A DNA stretch of 64,000 nucleotides from Octopus sinensis (GCF_006345805.1 NC_043005.1:31186001-31250000), one strand, 5' to 3'; positions 1 through 12,069 are shown, numbered from the stretch's first letter. Program-made: numbers and translations. The notes: a model not told the origin generated them from the sequence alone.

Positions 1-64
1 GCCAGAAGAGGAGTAATCAAGATGAGTCATTTTCTTAGGTATATATATATATATACCTAATACA
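1..64 (-). mobile_element. End of a gypsy LTR copy, inverted relative to the LTR at 592-1027 and running off the left edge of the window
   Basis: 1-64 is the reverse complement of 592-653, differing only by one TA unit. Confidence 0.75.
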
Positions 65-90
65 TATATATATATATATATATATATATT

Positions 91-552
91 CTCTCCAACG
101 TCGTCGTGAGCGCTACATCATCTGCATGATGTGGAAAATATTCCATCAGCATTGCCCAAATGATGTTGGCATCACCTTTAAGGTACATCCAAGGCTTGGG
201 CCCCGTGCCATCCGCCCAAAACAAAAATCGCACTCTCATCTCATAACAACAATACGGCACAATTATTTCACCTCAATTGGCCCCGCTCTCTTTAACATTA
301 CACCAAAACACATTAAAACAGAAACTGACCCTATAGGGTTCAAGAAGTCTTTGGACAGATTCCTTCAAGAAATCCCGGATAAACCCTCTACACCCGGATA
401 TGTCTCTGTAAACAATAACTCTCTACTTGAGTGGGCCATAGTGCCCAAATTCTGACTTGAAAGACTTCACCAGGTGGTGCTATTAAGTTAGACATGGCCT
501 GGGCCAATAATGGCCGAAACCTATCAAAGTATCAAAGTATCAAAGTATCAAA

Positions 553-553
<1 letters not shown>
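91..553 (+). mobile_element. 3' fragment of a CR1/L2-group LINE (ORF2 C-terminus, 3' UTR, octamer tail)
   Basis: Translation LQRRRERY...GPALFN...FKKSLDRFLQEIPDKP...NSLLEW (ORF 126-455). Ends in (TATCAAAG)x4 at 522-553. TA tracts on both sides. Confidence 0.8.
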
Positions 554-591
<38 letters not shown>

Positions 592-596
<5 letters not shown>

Positions 597-1027
597 TAGG
601 TATATATATATATACCTAAGAAAATGACTCATCTTGATTACTCCTCTTCTGGCACTCGACTGAAATAAATCGTGTCCCTCTCGCCTGCCACGCTCGCCAC
701 TCACGCCGCCTCGGGCCTTTGTACTGCTATTTCACGCCTGAAATAAATCGCTGTATAAACTTACACCTCTTGTCTGCTCGTCCTTTCAACTACTGCTTTC
801 GTCTGTCCAGTTTTGCTGATTACGACCACAGTCCTTTTCAGGGCTAATTCAAGTCTGATCTGAATGCGATAACAGTCCTTTTTAGGACTATTCTCAGATC
901 CGATCTAATTGCGATAACCGTCCTTTTTAGGACTATTTTTGGATCGGATCTGATTGCGATAACCGTCCTTTTAAGGGCTACCCTCAGATCAGACCAGAAG
1001 TAGTGGCCAAGAATCATACCCACTACA
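592..1027 (+). mobile_element. 5' LTR of a Ty3/gypsy retrotransposon
   Basis: TGTA...TACA termini, internal AATAAA motifs, followed 2 nt later by a PBS and then gag. Confidence 0.8.
818..995 (+). repeat. About 4 copies of a 45-bp minisatellite inside the LTR
   Basis: Unit approx. GCGATAACCGTCCTTTTTAGGACTATTCTCAGATCCGATCTAATT. Also visible as a 15-aa periodicity in minus ORF 844-1068. Confidence 0.85.
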
Positions 1028-1029
1028 AT

Positions 1030-1042
1030 TGGTGACCCCGAC
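1030..1042 (+). other. Primer-binding site complementary to the tRNA-Trp 3' end
   Basis: TGGTGACCCCGAC is the reverse complement of the eukaryotic tRNA-Trp end ...GUCGGGGUCACCA and lies just 3' of the LTR. Confidence 0.85.
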
Positions 1043-1076
1043 AACGAATCAAGCGAACAGCATATCAAGAATCAGC

Positions 1077-1625
1077 ATGGGCACGCCAAAACCAACAACA
1101 GAGGCTAATATACCAACCACGCAAGCAGCTTTAACCATGAAGGTCCCGGTTTTTTGGTCCAACGACCCAGCCCTGTGGTTCGTCCACATAGAAGCACAAT
1201 TCGCCGCGAATAGAATCAAGCACGACTCTGCAAAACTCACGCACATCATTGGGTCAGTCCCACCAGAAGTATTGGCTGAGGTGAGAGACCTAGTCATGGC
1301 ACCGCCAGGCACGGTGTCGTACGAAGCTTTCCGCAAGGAATTAATAATGCAAACTACCGCATCACAGCAGAGACGACTCAACCAACTCGTATCTGCAGAA
1401 GAGTTGGGGGACAGAAAACCGTCCCAACTGCTGAGTAAAATGAGACAGCTGATGGAGGACCAACTGCTGTCAGAAGAGGTCCTGAAACGGCTTTTTCTAC
1501 AGCGCCTGCCCTTACCAATGCAGGGCATTCTGGCGTCGACCAACGACACAGCAACCCCGGAGGAACTTGCGCGTGTCGCAGACAGAATCGCAGATAGTAT
1601 ATGGTTGGTCATTGTGACCATTTAG
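1077..1625 (+). CDS. gag: Gypsy Gag (capsid-like), truncated near 1600
   Basis: KVPVFWSNDPALWFVHIEAQF...EVRDL...EELGDRKPSQLL...LFLQRLP are typical invertebrate gypsy Gag motifs. No pol follows. Confidence 0.85.
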   Translation: MGTPKPTTEANIPTTQAALTMKVPVFWSNDPALWFVHIEAQFAANRIKHDSAKLTHIIGSVPPEVLAEVRDLVMAPPGTVSYEAFRKELIMQTTASQQRRLNQLVSAEELGDRKPSQLLSKMRQLMEDQLLSEEVLKRLFLQRLPLPMQGILASTNDTATPEELARVADRIADSIWLVIVTI

Positions 1626-2174
1626 CATTGACCTAGTTTTTTTAATACAAAATCTAATTGCCAAATAGGAGTAAAGTCTAAGACAATATAATCCCCTTTC
1701 CACTTTAATTTTCTTTAGGAATAACCTCTGACATTTATTTCACCCCTACCTACTTCTATAAATAGAAAATCTCTTTTGTCTCCATTCAACTGAATATCCC
1801 TCCCCACTTTCTAGCAGTTCAAAATAACTTAAGAATATTCTTCAGTCAGAAGATAAATTCTAATACCTTAATGTTCTTAACCTTCAAATCAACATCTCTG
1901 TCTGTATATCTACCCTCTTTATAATGCTATCAATTAACATGAAAATAAGTATATGTATTGATGGAAAACCTCTATAAATGGCTGATGATTGCTCAACATT
2001 TTAAAACTGTTGTAATACTTACAATGTTTAATAAAATAATGTAGCGTGAAACGATCGTACCAAATTACCGAAGATATTCCTGTTGCTCATTTTGATTATA
2101 ATCACCCCATGGATTTATATGGATAACACCGCACACAATTCTGGTGCCTCTAATTTAAGTACCACATTCATTTG

Positions 2175-2176
<2 letters not shown>

Positions 2177-2252
<76 letters not shown>
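2177..2252. repeat. (TC)n(TA)n compound microsatellite
   Basis: Directly visible. Confidence 0.95.
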
Positions 2253-2256
<4 letters not shown>

Positions 2257-2468
2257 TAGAGAGAAGGAGGAGAGCAGTTAAAAACTTATCTTCCATACGT
2301 ATTGAATGATCAATGTTTAAATAAAACATGGACAATTTATCTTGACACGAAATGAGTGTGAAATGCGTGTGAGATGAATGAAGTTTATTTTAAAATTACG
2401 GTGGTTAATACAGAACTAGTTTCATGTTTAATGCACAAACTAAATAAATTAGTTTCTATATAGATAAA

Positions 2469-2755
2469 CATGGTGCGATGAATATATCATCTAAATTATG
2501 CAAAATTAAAATAACACTGACATATCATTTTAACAGATATATTTACCAAAATTACATAAAAATATTTTGAAATACTAAAGAGTAAATTTATTCAATAAAA
2601 TCTGCATTGGCTTCAACCACGGTCTCCAGACGACGTCGAAATCTCGTGCCATCTCTAGTGATCACTCCAAACACCCTGATATTGACTAGATGTTTGGTTT
2701 TTATCACTGTCGGTACATGTTTTGGGGACACGGCAAGCCAACGGTTGTGTTCACA
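2469..2755 (-). mobile_element. Internally deleted maT-type Tc1/mariner remnant
   Basis: Minus peptide NRWLAVSPKHVPTVIKTKHLVNIRVFGVITRDG fused directly to RFRRRLETVVEANADFIE. Terminal region homologous to 36363-36480. Confidence 0.8.
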
Positions 2756-2856
2756 ATCTCTTTGTATTGGAGCTTTCTGTGCGAATGTCAAGCAGTACAG
2801 CATGTCGTTTCCAAATTTATCAGAATTGGGGGTTTCCCTAAATATGGCTCTCAGCT

Positions 2857-3176
2857 GAGTATAGAAAAGCAACTGGAAACGTCTTCAGTACCCGCTATAA
2901 CAATCACAATTCCTCTTTTAACATCCCGAAGAAACGTATCGCCACAGCCCTGGCCAAGCATACATGATCGTTGAAAAAAGCGCCACCGAGTACAACATAA
3001 AGTAGAAGATTTTAGAGAAATGTAAAACGTACTTCAATAGCAGCAGGAAGTGCAGATTATGCCTGGCTAAGAAAAGAGCGATTTTAAAGAGCTCCCAACA
3101 CCCAGGCATTTATCTGAAGAGCAAAACTAAAAATTTTAATCTTTGCCCAAATGAAAGGAGGTACATCTTATCATAA
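2857..3176 (+). pseudogene. PLE GIY-YIG endonuclease C-terminal fragment (Naiad-type motifs)
   Basis: STRYNNHNSSF...TALAKHT*...YNIK*KILEKCKTY...KCRLCLAKKRAIL, with stops and frameshifts. Confidence 0.8.
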
Positions 3177-3949
3177 CTACTTGCCCCATCGTAACTATAA
3201 CCACCAGTCCCCCAACTTCGACCTTCCGCTAATACCTGGGAGTCCGGCAAAGAGCTTGACCTGAACATACACTAACGTACCCACAAACAAACACATGCTC
3301 CAGCACGGCAGACAACCGCCTAAAAGATTTTACCATCGCCCCCAATATGAGCCCTTAACACATATTGTACACCTATACACACTGGATGCATATATAAATG
3401 CCCCAAAGAAAACACTAACGAACACAGATGTGTATGTACCCCTATCAATACACACATTTCATTTCCACGAGAACACCAGCCTTAAAGACACACACATTTC
3501 CCATAAGCTTTTTTCCAGAAAACTCTCACCGACTTGCAACAAATCCACCACCACCACCAGATTTTGATGTTTTTGATATCATGGAACATAACTCTTAACT
3601 TAAACCCCTGCTCAATTAGTTTCATCATCTTTTTCAAGACAACCACAAACCGGATGTGTCTATTCACTTCCAGCAATAGAGAGCAGTCGTCATATTTCAT
3701 CCCATAATGGCTACCTCAGAAGAGTGTAGGGTTCCATAATCGGACTGTTACCTAACACTCAGTTGAACCTCTGGTGCTAAACTGGTTGCCAAGTCAGCCA
3801 TAATGGATATATAATACTGTATGCTTCAGTTAATATACCCATTCTACTGACACATATACAACAGCATTTTCTCCTGACTTATGTATTCTAAGATGACCAA
3901 CACACACATGCACACACACACATACATGTATGTATATATATATTGTGCT

Positions 3950-4250
3950 TTGGGAAGGTCATTACACTGCTTCCTCCAAGGTTTGCCTTGAGGCTGAAGA
4001 TCGAGAAATAACAACGAATGGAGTTGATAAGCACAAAACTGGTTGATTGTTTATCCAACGCACTAAACAAGTGATTGATTAGTCTGTTGGTTGGATATTT
4101 AACCATCTGACTAACAATAAAGATGTGATATTCATCAAGAGGGTGTGTTTATTAGTATTGACATAATGACTTTCCCAAAAGACAAGATTTGTTTCAACAC
4201 AGGAATTGACATCAAGAATCTTGCACACCAATTACAGAAACGAATAGTGT
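3950..4250 (-). pseudogene. Possible decayed PLE RT fragment
   Basis: LDKQSTSFVLINSIRCYFSI loosely matches the PLE RT motif ..KxxxSFIQFDIxxFYPSI. Heavily diverged. Confidence 0.4.
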
Positions 4251-5372
4251 TTTGAATTTCCCTCAAAATAAGTCAAAGAACTTACTTATCTACAGCTTTC
4301 GAACACATAAGCAATCAGCTTCAAAACCTTTAATATCTACACCTTCTGTGAATACCTATCATTTCCTTTTCCCCTGGGTATTCGAAAATGTAAACATCCT
4401 CTCTAAGAACATTACAGTTTTCTCTGTTCGTTCAGACAAAAGATCATCTCCAGTAAATTTTAAAAACTTCATATCTACAATTTTCCGTGAAAAACTTTTA
4501 CCTCCCTTTTCTTTCGGTTCCTTTTCCCCTGAATATTCGAAAATGTAAACATCCTTTTTATTGTAAAAAGCACCACAGTTTTCTCTGAACGGACATACAA
4601 AAGAACACCTAAAAAATTTAGAAATTTTAATATCTTCAATTTCGTCTTTCCGTCTTCCCTGACAAACAGAATATGTAAACATGCCTTTTATTGTAACAAC
4701 ACAAATGCATGATAATGAATTAATGAAGTAATCACCTGCCAATATATACATACTGCACAACTACAAAAACTGTAAACCACAGCAAAACTTTTAAAAAGAA
4801 GAGAAAAATTCCAAAAGAAAAAAAAAACGAAATTCAGAGATTCAAAAATCCAACAAGGTGAACAGCCCTTCCTCCTACTATTTCCCCAAACTGGAATATC
4901 TACAATTTCTGTGAATATTTTAAATCTCCCTCAAAATAAAATAAGTTACAATAGCTTTCGAACACACAAACGATCAGCTTTGAAAAAAAGAAACCTTTAA
5001 TATCTACAAATACTGTGTGAATACCTATCCTTTTCTTTCTCCTTGAGTATTCCAAAATGTAAACATCGTCCTCCTTTTTATTCTAAGAACACTACCATTA
5101 CTCTCTGTGCGTTCATACAAAAGACCATATTTGGTAAACCTTAAAACTTTTCTATCTACAACTTGTTTTCTTTTCTTTTTGACTCATCCTGATTATTCGA
5201 AAATGTAAACACCTTTTTCATTGCAAAAGTCCTACTGTATTCTCTAACTGGACAGACAAACGAACATCTGAAGAAAACTTAAAAACTTTAATATATTAGC
5301 CAAATACGTAAACACACCTTTTATTGCAACAACAAAATTGAATTCAGAAATTCAAAAATTCAACGACGTGAA
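4250..5372. repeat. Two diverged copies of a several-hundred-bp unit, each with about 3 internal sub-repeats
   Basis: CCCTCAAAATAA...AGCTTTCGAACAC...AAACCTTTAATATCTAC occurs at about 4260 and 4928. (GAAA)ATGTAAACA recurs 5-6 times. AATTCAGA.ATTCAAAAAT.CAAC occurs at 4831 and 5341. Confidence 0.8.
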
Positions 5373-5378
5373 TATCAG

Positions 5379-5413
<35 letters not shown>

Positions 5414-5639
5414 ATAAATTATAATTTAGGATTCTGATTGACACCACCACGCTGGAAACAGCAGCCAAAACCTGACTCTAAAACCACATTAAATGTTCAT
5501 ACAGCACCAGGAGAGAAGACAATCCAGCAAGGGCCAAATTTTAGACCTTGGATGCATCCACGTTGTTGTGTGATCACCTTTGTGCACAAAATGAGTGCTT
5601 GCAATGTAAAGTCCATGTTCATCGCAAAGTTCCAGTAGC

Positions 5640-7450
5640 ATGAGACCATTGCTATTCATTTTCTCGACAAAACAAGATGTTCAAAACAGATGCCAATAAA
5701 TTGGCAAAAATAAGATAGAAGTAAAGGAGCCACCTAAGACTGAGAAAATGGAAGAGTTCTGGAAGAAGATATGAGACAACAAAAAAGAATATAAAGCTAA
5801 AGCTGACTGGATAAAAAGTGAGAAAGTGAGACTGGATGAAGTTGAATAAGAATAGAAGAGCTTAGGAAGTCTAAGAAATTGAAAACTCCAGGACGAGACC
5901 GAATTCCTAACTTCTGGCTAAATTGTCTGACAGAAGTACACCAAAATTTTGCTGCATCTCTAACTGATGTTATTCAGAACCTAGAACAAATACCTACCTG
6001 ACTGACCGAAGGAACAACATACCTTTTACAAAAACTGAAGACCCGAAAACTCCAAATAACTATCGACCAACTACACCACCTACGCGATCCTTTTCTCGAT
6101 ACTAACCGAAAAGATATACAATTTCCTGGAACAGAACTCTATCATTCCACAAGCTCAAAAGGTTGTGAAAGGAATTCTTATGAATGCAAACATGAATTAC
6201 CCATAAATAAAATGATTTTATAGAATTACTGGAGCAACAGAAAGAACCTGGGTATGGCATGGATAAAGTACAGAAAGCGTTTGACAGTGTCCCACATACT
6301 CAAGGCCCTTGTGATATACAAGATCTCCACTGTAGTTTCCAAATTCTTACAGGGTAGCATGGTCGAGTGGAATATACGTCTCCTTTTAAACCATCGTAAT
6401 GGGATGAGCCAGTCTAACAGCACCAACATTAAACGAGGCATCTTTCAAGGTGACTCCCTCTCTACATTAATCTTTTGTATGGCACTGATCCCACTGAGTA
6501 ACACCAGGTATGGGTTCAAAATGTATAATATTATAGTAAATCATCTGCTTTATATGGAAGATCTGAAGCTGTTTACGAGAAATGACAACGAGTTAGCAGG
6601 GCTGTTAACAACTGTTAAAGAGTTCGGCAACGACATCGGGATGGATTTTGGCCTTGATAAGTGTAATAAAACAATTTTTGTGAGAGGAAAGCTCAATCAA
6701 ACAACTTCTATTAAATTAGATACCAACGCTACCATCGAGGAACTTTACCCACAAGGAAGCTATAAATACCTGGGGATAAACAAAGGAGATGATATAGAAC
6801 ACGCTACTATGAAGGAAAAATGCGAAAGAATATGAATCATACTAAAAACTGAACACGACTCTATAAATTGCATTAAAGCCATTAACACCCTGGCGCTTCC
6901 AGTAGTCTAATATAGTTTTAACATCATTAACTGGAATCTTACAAAACTCCAACGCCTGTACATGAAGACAAGAAAAGTACTAACATCTAAGAACATGCAC
7001 CACCCAAAAGCAGACGTCGATCGTCTGTACCTACTTAGAAGTAATAGGGGAAGTAATGATGCAGGTAGAACTGTGTTATAAGACCTCCACAATAGCAATG
7101 TACAGAGGATTGGATGCTGCAGCTGGTCTGCAAAGAAGAAATCAACAAAAAATCACATTCTATTGCCAAGGAAACTAGAAAATTTGCCAGGGAACTTGAA
7201 ATTAACCCTGAATTAGAGGAAGAACCTGAAACCACTGCCACGATAAAAAGCAAAACGGAGAACGAGCAGAAACGAATTCAGGAGCGGTGGAGCTAGAAGC
7301 CTCTGCATGGACGGGAGGTAAAAGAAAAAAAAAATGCTGGGTATAGCAGCAAAGATTTCCTGCGTACAATGGTACAAAAAACAGGAACGCTTCCTCCAAC
7401 AAAACTGAGAATTCAAGTTTTTACAGAAAGTTAAACAAAAAAACTATATA
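5640..7450 (+). mobile_element. R4/Dong-type (RLE) non-LTR retrotransposon, decayed RT region
   Basis: ORF 6254-6835: MAWIKYRK...GIFQGDSLS...NHLLYMEDLKLF...MDFGLDKC...YKYLG. Confidence 0.9.
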
Positions 7451-7455
7451 AATAG

Positions 7456-8512
7456 ATGCATTGCCAACAACATATGCGATTCAGTCATTCTGGTAAGCAA
7501 TATGGAGTAAACCAAAAAAGCAAAACAAAAATGCTCACTGGATTAATAGGGAAAAAGGGACGGAAGAACAAAAGAGAACCACAGATATGGCCCACCATCA
7601 GAGGCCAAGAGATTACGGACAGACTGAAGAGTACCAGCAACTGGAAAACTCCTGGGAGAGACAAGGTCCCCAACTTCTGGTTGAAACACCTCACCAGTAC
7701 ACATAGCCACTTAGCGACAGCATTCAAATTATTGATAAGCGAGCCAAAATCAACACCAAACTGGATCCTGGAAGGACAAACCACCATAATTCCCCAAAAC
7801 AAAGACACAATGCAACCAGAAAATTATAGACCGGAAAACAACAATGTTTTACCAGAATAACAAATGGGGTGCCGGAGAAGGATGAATGGCTGTACGGAGC
7901 ACAAAATCACATTCTATTGTCAAAGAAGCTTGAAAATGCGCCAGGGAACATGGCATTAACCCTGAATTAGTTGAAGAACCTGAAGTAACTACCACCAAAC
8001 AAGCAAAACGAATCGAGCAGACTTTAAACAAGAACGGGCAGAAACAAAATGAGGAGCGGTGGAGCCAGAATCCCTTGCATGGACGGTATTTTCGTCGAAA
8101 TCGTAATGCTGATGTAGACCAAGCAACAACCCATTAGTGGCTGAGAAGTTAAGGACTGAAAGTGGAAACTGAAGGTTTTATATTGGCTGCACAAGATTAA
8201 AGCCTGCTTGCCAGAAACTACCAGGATAGCTTTCTTCAAAACATTTCTGACTACAAATGCAGATTCTGCGACACATTTGACGAAACAGTAGACAATCTCG
8301 TCTCGGGATGTCTTGTGCTGACACCAAACGAATACAAAATTCGCTACGATAGGGTAGGACAGTATTTACATTGGAAAATGTAAACACTATAAAATCAGCA
8401 CTCCTGCTTACTAGTATGAACATCATCCTGAGCCAGTCGTTGACGGTAGGAATGTCACTATCCTCTGGGATTTTCCAATCAACATTGACAGCGTGATCCA
8501 GGCTAATCGAGT
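7456..8512 (+). mobile_element. Second R4/Dong copy with the RT core deleted
   Basis: SNWKTPGRDKVPNFWLK...ENYRP joins (about 7832) to post-RT sequence, then GLKVETEGFILAAQD, a CCHC remnant and ILWDFPI...QANR. Confidence 0.85.
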
Positions 8513-8782
8513 AGTCAGACTTGTTCCTCACCACTGTAGCATTTCCCTTGTCTGCTGGAAGAATTATGATGGAATTGTCACACTGTAGTCTTTTGATAGC
8601 GGATGTTTCTTCCTTAGTGATGTTTGGTTTGGGAAGTCACTAAGGAAGAAACGTAGATATAATCCGTCCATTAGCAGGAAAGTCAACATCGTACGTGAAG
8701 AATTCCACCCACTTCACAGAATTGATCAAGGATACTCCTATTGAATCCAATAAGATGGTGAGTCTAGATGTGATAAGTTATA
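8513..8782. mobile_element. Two PLE RT fragments in opposite orientation
   Basis: Minus 8513-8650: NITKEETSAIKRLQCDNSIIILPADKGNATVVRNKSDY. Plus 8665-8782: LAGKSTSYVKNSTHFTELIKD...MVSLDV. Confidence 0.75.
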
Positions 8783-8786
8783 ATGA

Positions 8787-8797
8787 AAGGAACTATA

Positions 8798-8853
<56 letters not shown>

Positions 8854-8868
8854 TAATAATAATTATAA
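8787..8868. repeat. (AAT)n microsatellite (tail of the adjacent SINE)
   Basis: Directly visible. Confidence 0.95.
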
Positions 8869-8871
8869 TTT

Positions 8872-9068
8872 TTTTACTCTAGGCACAAGACCCGAAATTT
8901 TTAGGGAGAGGACCAGTCGATTAGATCGACTCCAGTACGCAACTGGACCCCGAAAAGAAGAAAGGCAAAGTCGACTTCGAGCAGAATTTGAACTCAGAAA
9001 GTAGCGGCAGACGAAATACCGCTAAGTATTTCGCCTGGCGTGCTAATGATTCTGCGCGCTCGCCGCCT
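8872..9068 (-). mobile_element. tRNA-derived SINE, family 1
   Basis: Minus strand begins GGCGGCGAG...CAGAATCATTAGC (A-box-like), has B box GAGTTCAAATTC, and ends in an (ATT)n tail. Confidence 0.8.
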
Positions 9069-9899
9069 TAAGAATAACAACAACATCAATAATAATAACC
9101 ATCAAGAAGCAGGAATTAAAAATCCGCAAAAAAAATGAAAGAAAAATATGACTTAATGTAAGCCAAACTGAAAAATTCTTCTTATATGGAGTATACAAAT
9201 ATGAAAAATTAATTTCCCCCAGATTCACCGCCAACACGTGCGTAAAATGTAAACACATAGACTGCAATATTTCTACACGAAAGCTGCAAACCTGTAATTA
9301 AATTTTAAAATTTAATTACATATACATCCATAATTATACAAGACCTCTATATATTATATATGCACATTGCTGTTTCTTCTCGGTCTCTCGCTGATACATT
9401 AATAATAATTATAATTACGAAAGAAATATCAACACATTTCCGTGGGTTTTCAGTTAAAAAGTAAATGCTGTAAAAACGAACACATAACAAAACCAACCAA
9501 AAAAGAAAGAACTGTGGACAGATAACCATAAATAATATGAATAGCTGATTTATGATTTACATACACTACTATGCAACACTCCTCCACAATCATACAGGAA
9601 TAAACTCATACCGTAAATATACAACACAATGAACAAAGCCCACATATGGCGTAAAAGGCCGATACTCAACAGAAGAAAGTTGCTTGAAACTATCAGATGT
9701 CGAAAAATAATAGTGGTGATGATGCTGGTGACAAATGTTACCTTACCTCAGTTTATGAGAGATAGGAGTTTCGCTGATTGTAAGAGTGACAATGAAGCTG
9801 GACCTTTATGGAAAAACCTCTAACTCGGCAGTGGTTCAGTAAAGATGCAGACTGACTACAGCTGTTATCCCAATACAGCATCAGTAAATAATAGAGTAA

Positions 9900-12010
9900 A
9901 GAACTTTAAAGAACTTTAGTAGCTTACATGGGAGGTTGAGGTAACAACTTCAGGATTGCCTTAATGGAGGAATAATATCAGATTGGATGACTAGAGGAAT
10001 GACAATAGCCATTACGAATGATAAAAGCAGGGGTAATACAGCTAGCAACTATAGACAAATCACTTTCTTACCGTTAGTATGGAAGCTGTTGACAGGAATG
10101 CGTTCGAAAAGCTTTTACGAGCACCTTGACAACCAAAGAACAGAAAGGATGCAAGAAGAAGGCTAGAGGGACACATGATCTATTATATATAGACAAAGCA
10201 ATTCTGAATGAAGTAAATGCTAGAAAGAAAAATCTAACAATAGCATGGATAGATTATAATAAAACCTATGACATGATTCCACATTCATGGATAAGTGAAT
10301 GTTTGAGTATATGCAGTGTAGAAGACAACATAAGAGAATTATTTAGCTTTAGCACGAAGAAATGGAAAGTAGATCCCTACTCAGCTGACACAATCTAAGG
10401 GAAAGTTAATATCAAAAGAGAAATTTTCTAGGGAGAATCGTTGTTCCCTTCAATATTTGTCTTATGCCTGATCCCCCTCAGTTTAGTATTAAGGATGGCA
10501 AAGGCAGGGCATCACTTCAGAAATAGTAAGGGAAGAATTAACAATTTGCTCTACGTGGATGATCTGAAGTTTTTTTTAGTAAGAATGAAAAAGAGATAGA
10601 TTTCTTAATACAGACTGTAAGACCCTTCAGCAAAGATATACGCATGGAATTTGGCATAAATCAGTGTGCAATATTAGTCATGAGAAGGGGACATGTAGTC
10701 AGCAGGGAAGGCATCCAATTACCAAATAGCCAGGCATTAAAATCATTGAAAGGAGGAGAAAGTTATAAGTATCTAGGAGTATTAGAATCTGATAGAGTAC
10801 CAAACATAGACATGAAAACGAAAATTGAGGAGTACATCAGCAGGTGAGGAAGCTAATGAAGTCGAAGCTAAATTGTCCGAATCAAGTGAAGGCTGTAAAT
10901 ACCTGGGCAGTATCATTACTTAGATACTCAGCAACTTTTGTAGATTGGACAAAAACTGAACTAGCAAAGCTAGACAGAAGAACAAGGAAGGAAGTCAATG
11001 TCAGTGGAGGAGTAGCAAGATTATACTTACCTAGAAGGAAAGGCGGAAGAAGGTTAATATCAGTAGGAGACTGCATGGGCGTAGCTAGAGAAGATATAAA
11101 CTCCTATGTAGGTAACAGTGAAGAAAGTTTATCAAAAGCTGCTAGAATCACAGCAAGACATAGAGAGACCAAAAACCCAAACGAACTTAAAAACTAGAAG
11201 AAGGGACAGAAAACATCTGGCTGGCCTTCACTTGATTCGGACCATTTAGCTTTATATTCCCCAAAATAGTTTCAGCCAATAGAAGTTGTGAGAGATGGTT
11301 GTGGCTGCAGAAAGCAAAGCTGAAAAGGGAGAAAGCTTGTTAGTAGCTACACAAAATCAAGCATTGAGGACCAATTGGATAAAAGCCAAGTTATACAAAA
11401 AACAATTAGATTCCCATGTAGATTATGCAAATCAAAAGAAGAAAGCGTTACTTATAAGTGAATGTAGCATGCTGGTACAGAAAGAATACAAGAAAGACAT
11501 GACAACCTAGGGAGAGTAATCCACCAGGAGTTATGTAGAAAGCTAGGATTTGAACATACTGATAAATAGTATGAACATGAACCTAGTAAAGTACTAAAAG
11601 TAAGAAATACAAGATGTTGTGAGACTTCAACATTCAGACTGACAATGTAATAGAAGAAGCTAGAAGGCCTGATTTAGTAGAGAATAAAAAGTATTTGATA
11701 ATAGACTTTACAGTCCCATATGATGAAAAAAATCAATATGAGAGATGTAGAAAAAATAGAAAAGTACCAGGACCTAGCCATTGAATTACAGATATTAAGG
11801 GAAATGCGGATAAAATGTATCCCAGTAGTCATAGGTGCATTGGGAACTATGCATAAAAATCTGAACAGATGGATAGAGGAAATAGGCAATAAAACCTAGT
11901 TTATTACAGTTCCAGAAAACAGTGTTATTAGGGATAGCTAAGATATTAGGGATGGCTGAGATACTTAGGTTTTCTTGATATCTAATGTTACTTGTGGTAG
12001 CCCGATGTTT
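9900..12010 (+). mobile_element. R4/Dong-type element, 5'-truncated and decayed
   Basis: IAWIDYNKTYDMIPHSWI, LLYVDDLK, YKYLGVLE, ATQNQALRTNWIKAK, RRPDL, IPVVIGALG. Confidence 0.9.
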
Positions 12011-12069
12011 TGATTTTTTCTTTTCCAATAGTCTAATCTGTTGTGTGTATATGAAAATAATAACAATAA

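Noticed and set aside
818-995. Regularly spaced repeats as a possible CRISPR-like array
   Set aside because: These are contiguous tandem units with no unique spacers, inside a eukaryotic LTR, with no cas genes.
1620-1930. Possible L1/Tx1 RT C-terminal remnant on minus (also about 59290-59650)
   Set aside because: Too many stops and only vague motif similarity to call by eye.
2857-3176. In-frame TGA codons in Naiad-type fragments as possible selenocysteine
   Set aside because: The TGAs fall at Trp or Gly positions amid other stops and frameshifts, and the conserved Cys codons are intact, so this is ordinary decay.
4440-4540. GEKEPKEKGGKSFSRK resembling a C2H2 linker
   Set aside because: It has no Cys/His ligands and lies within a repeat unit.
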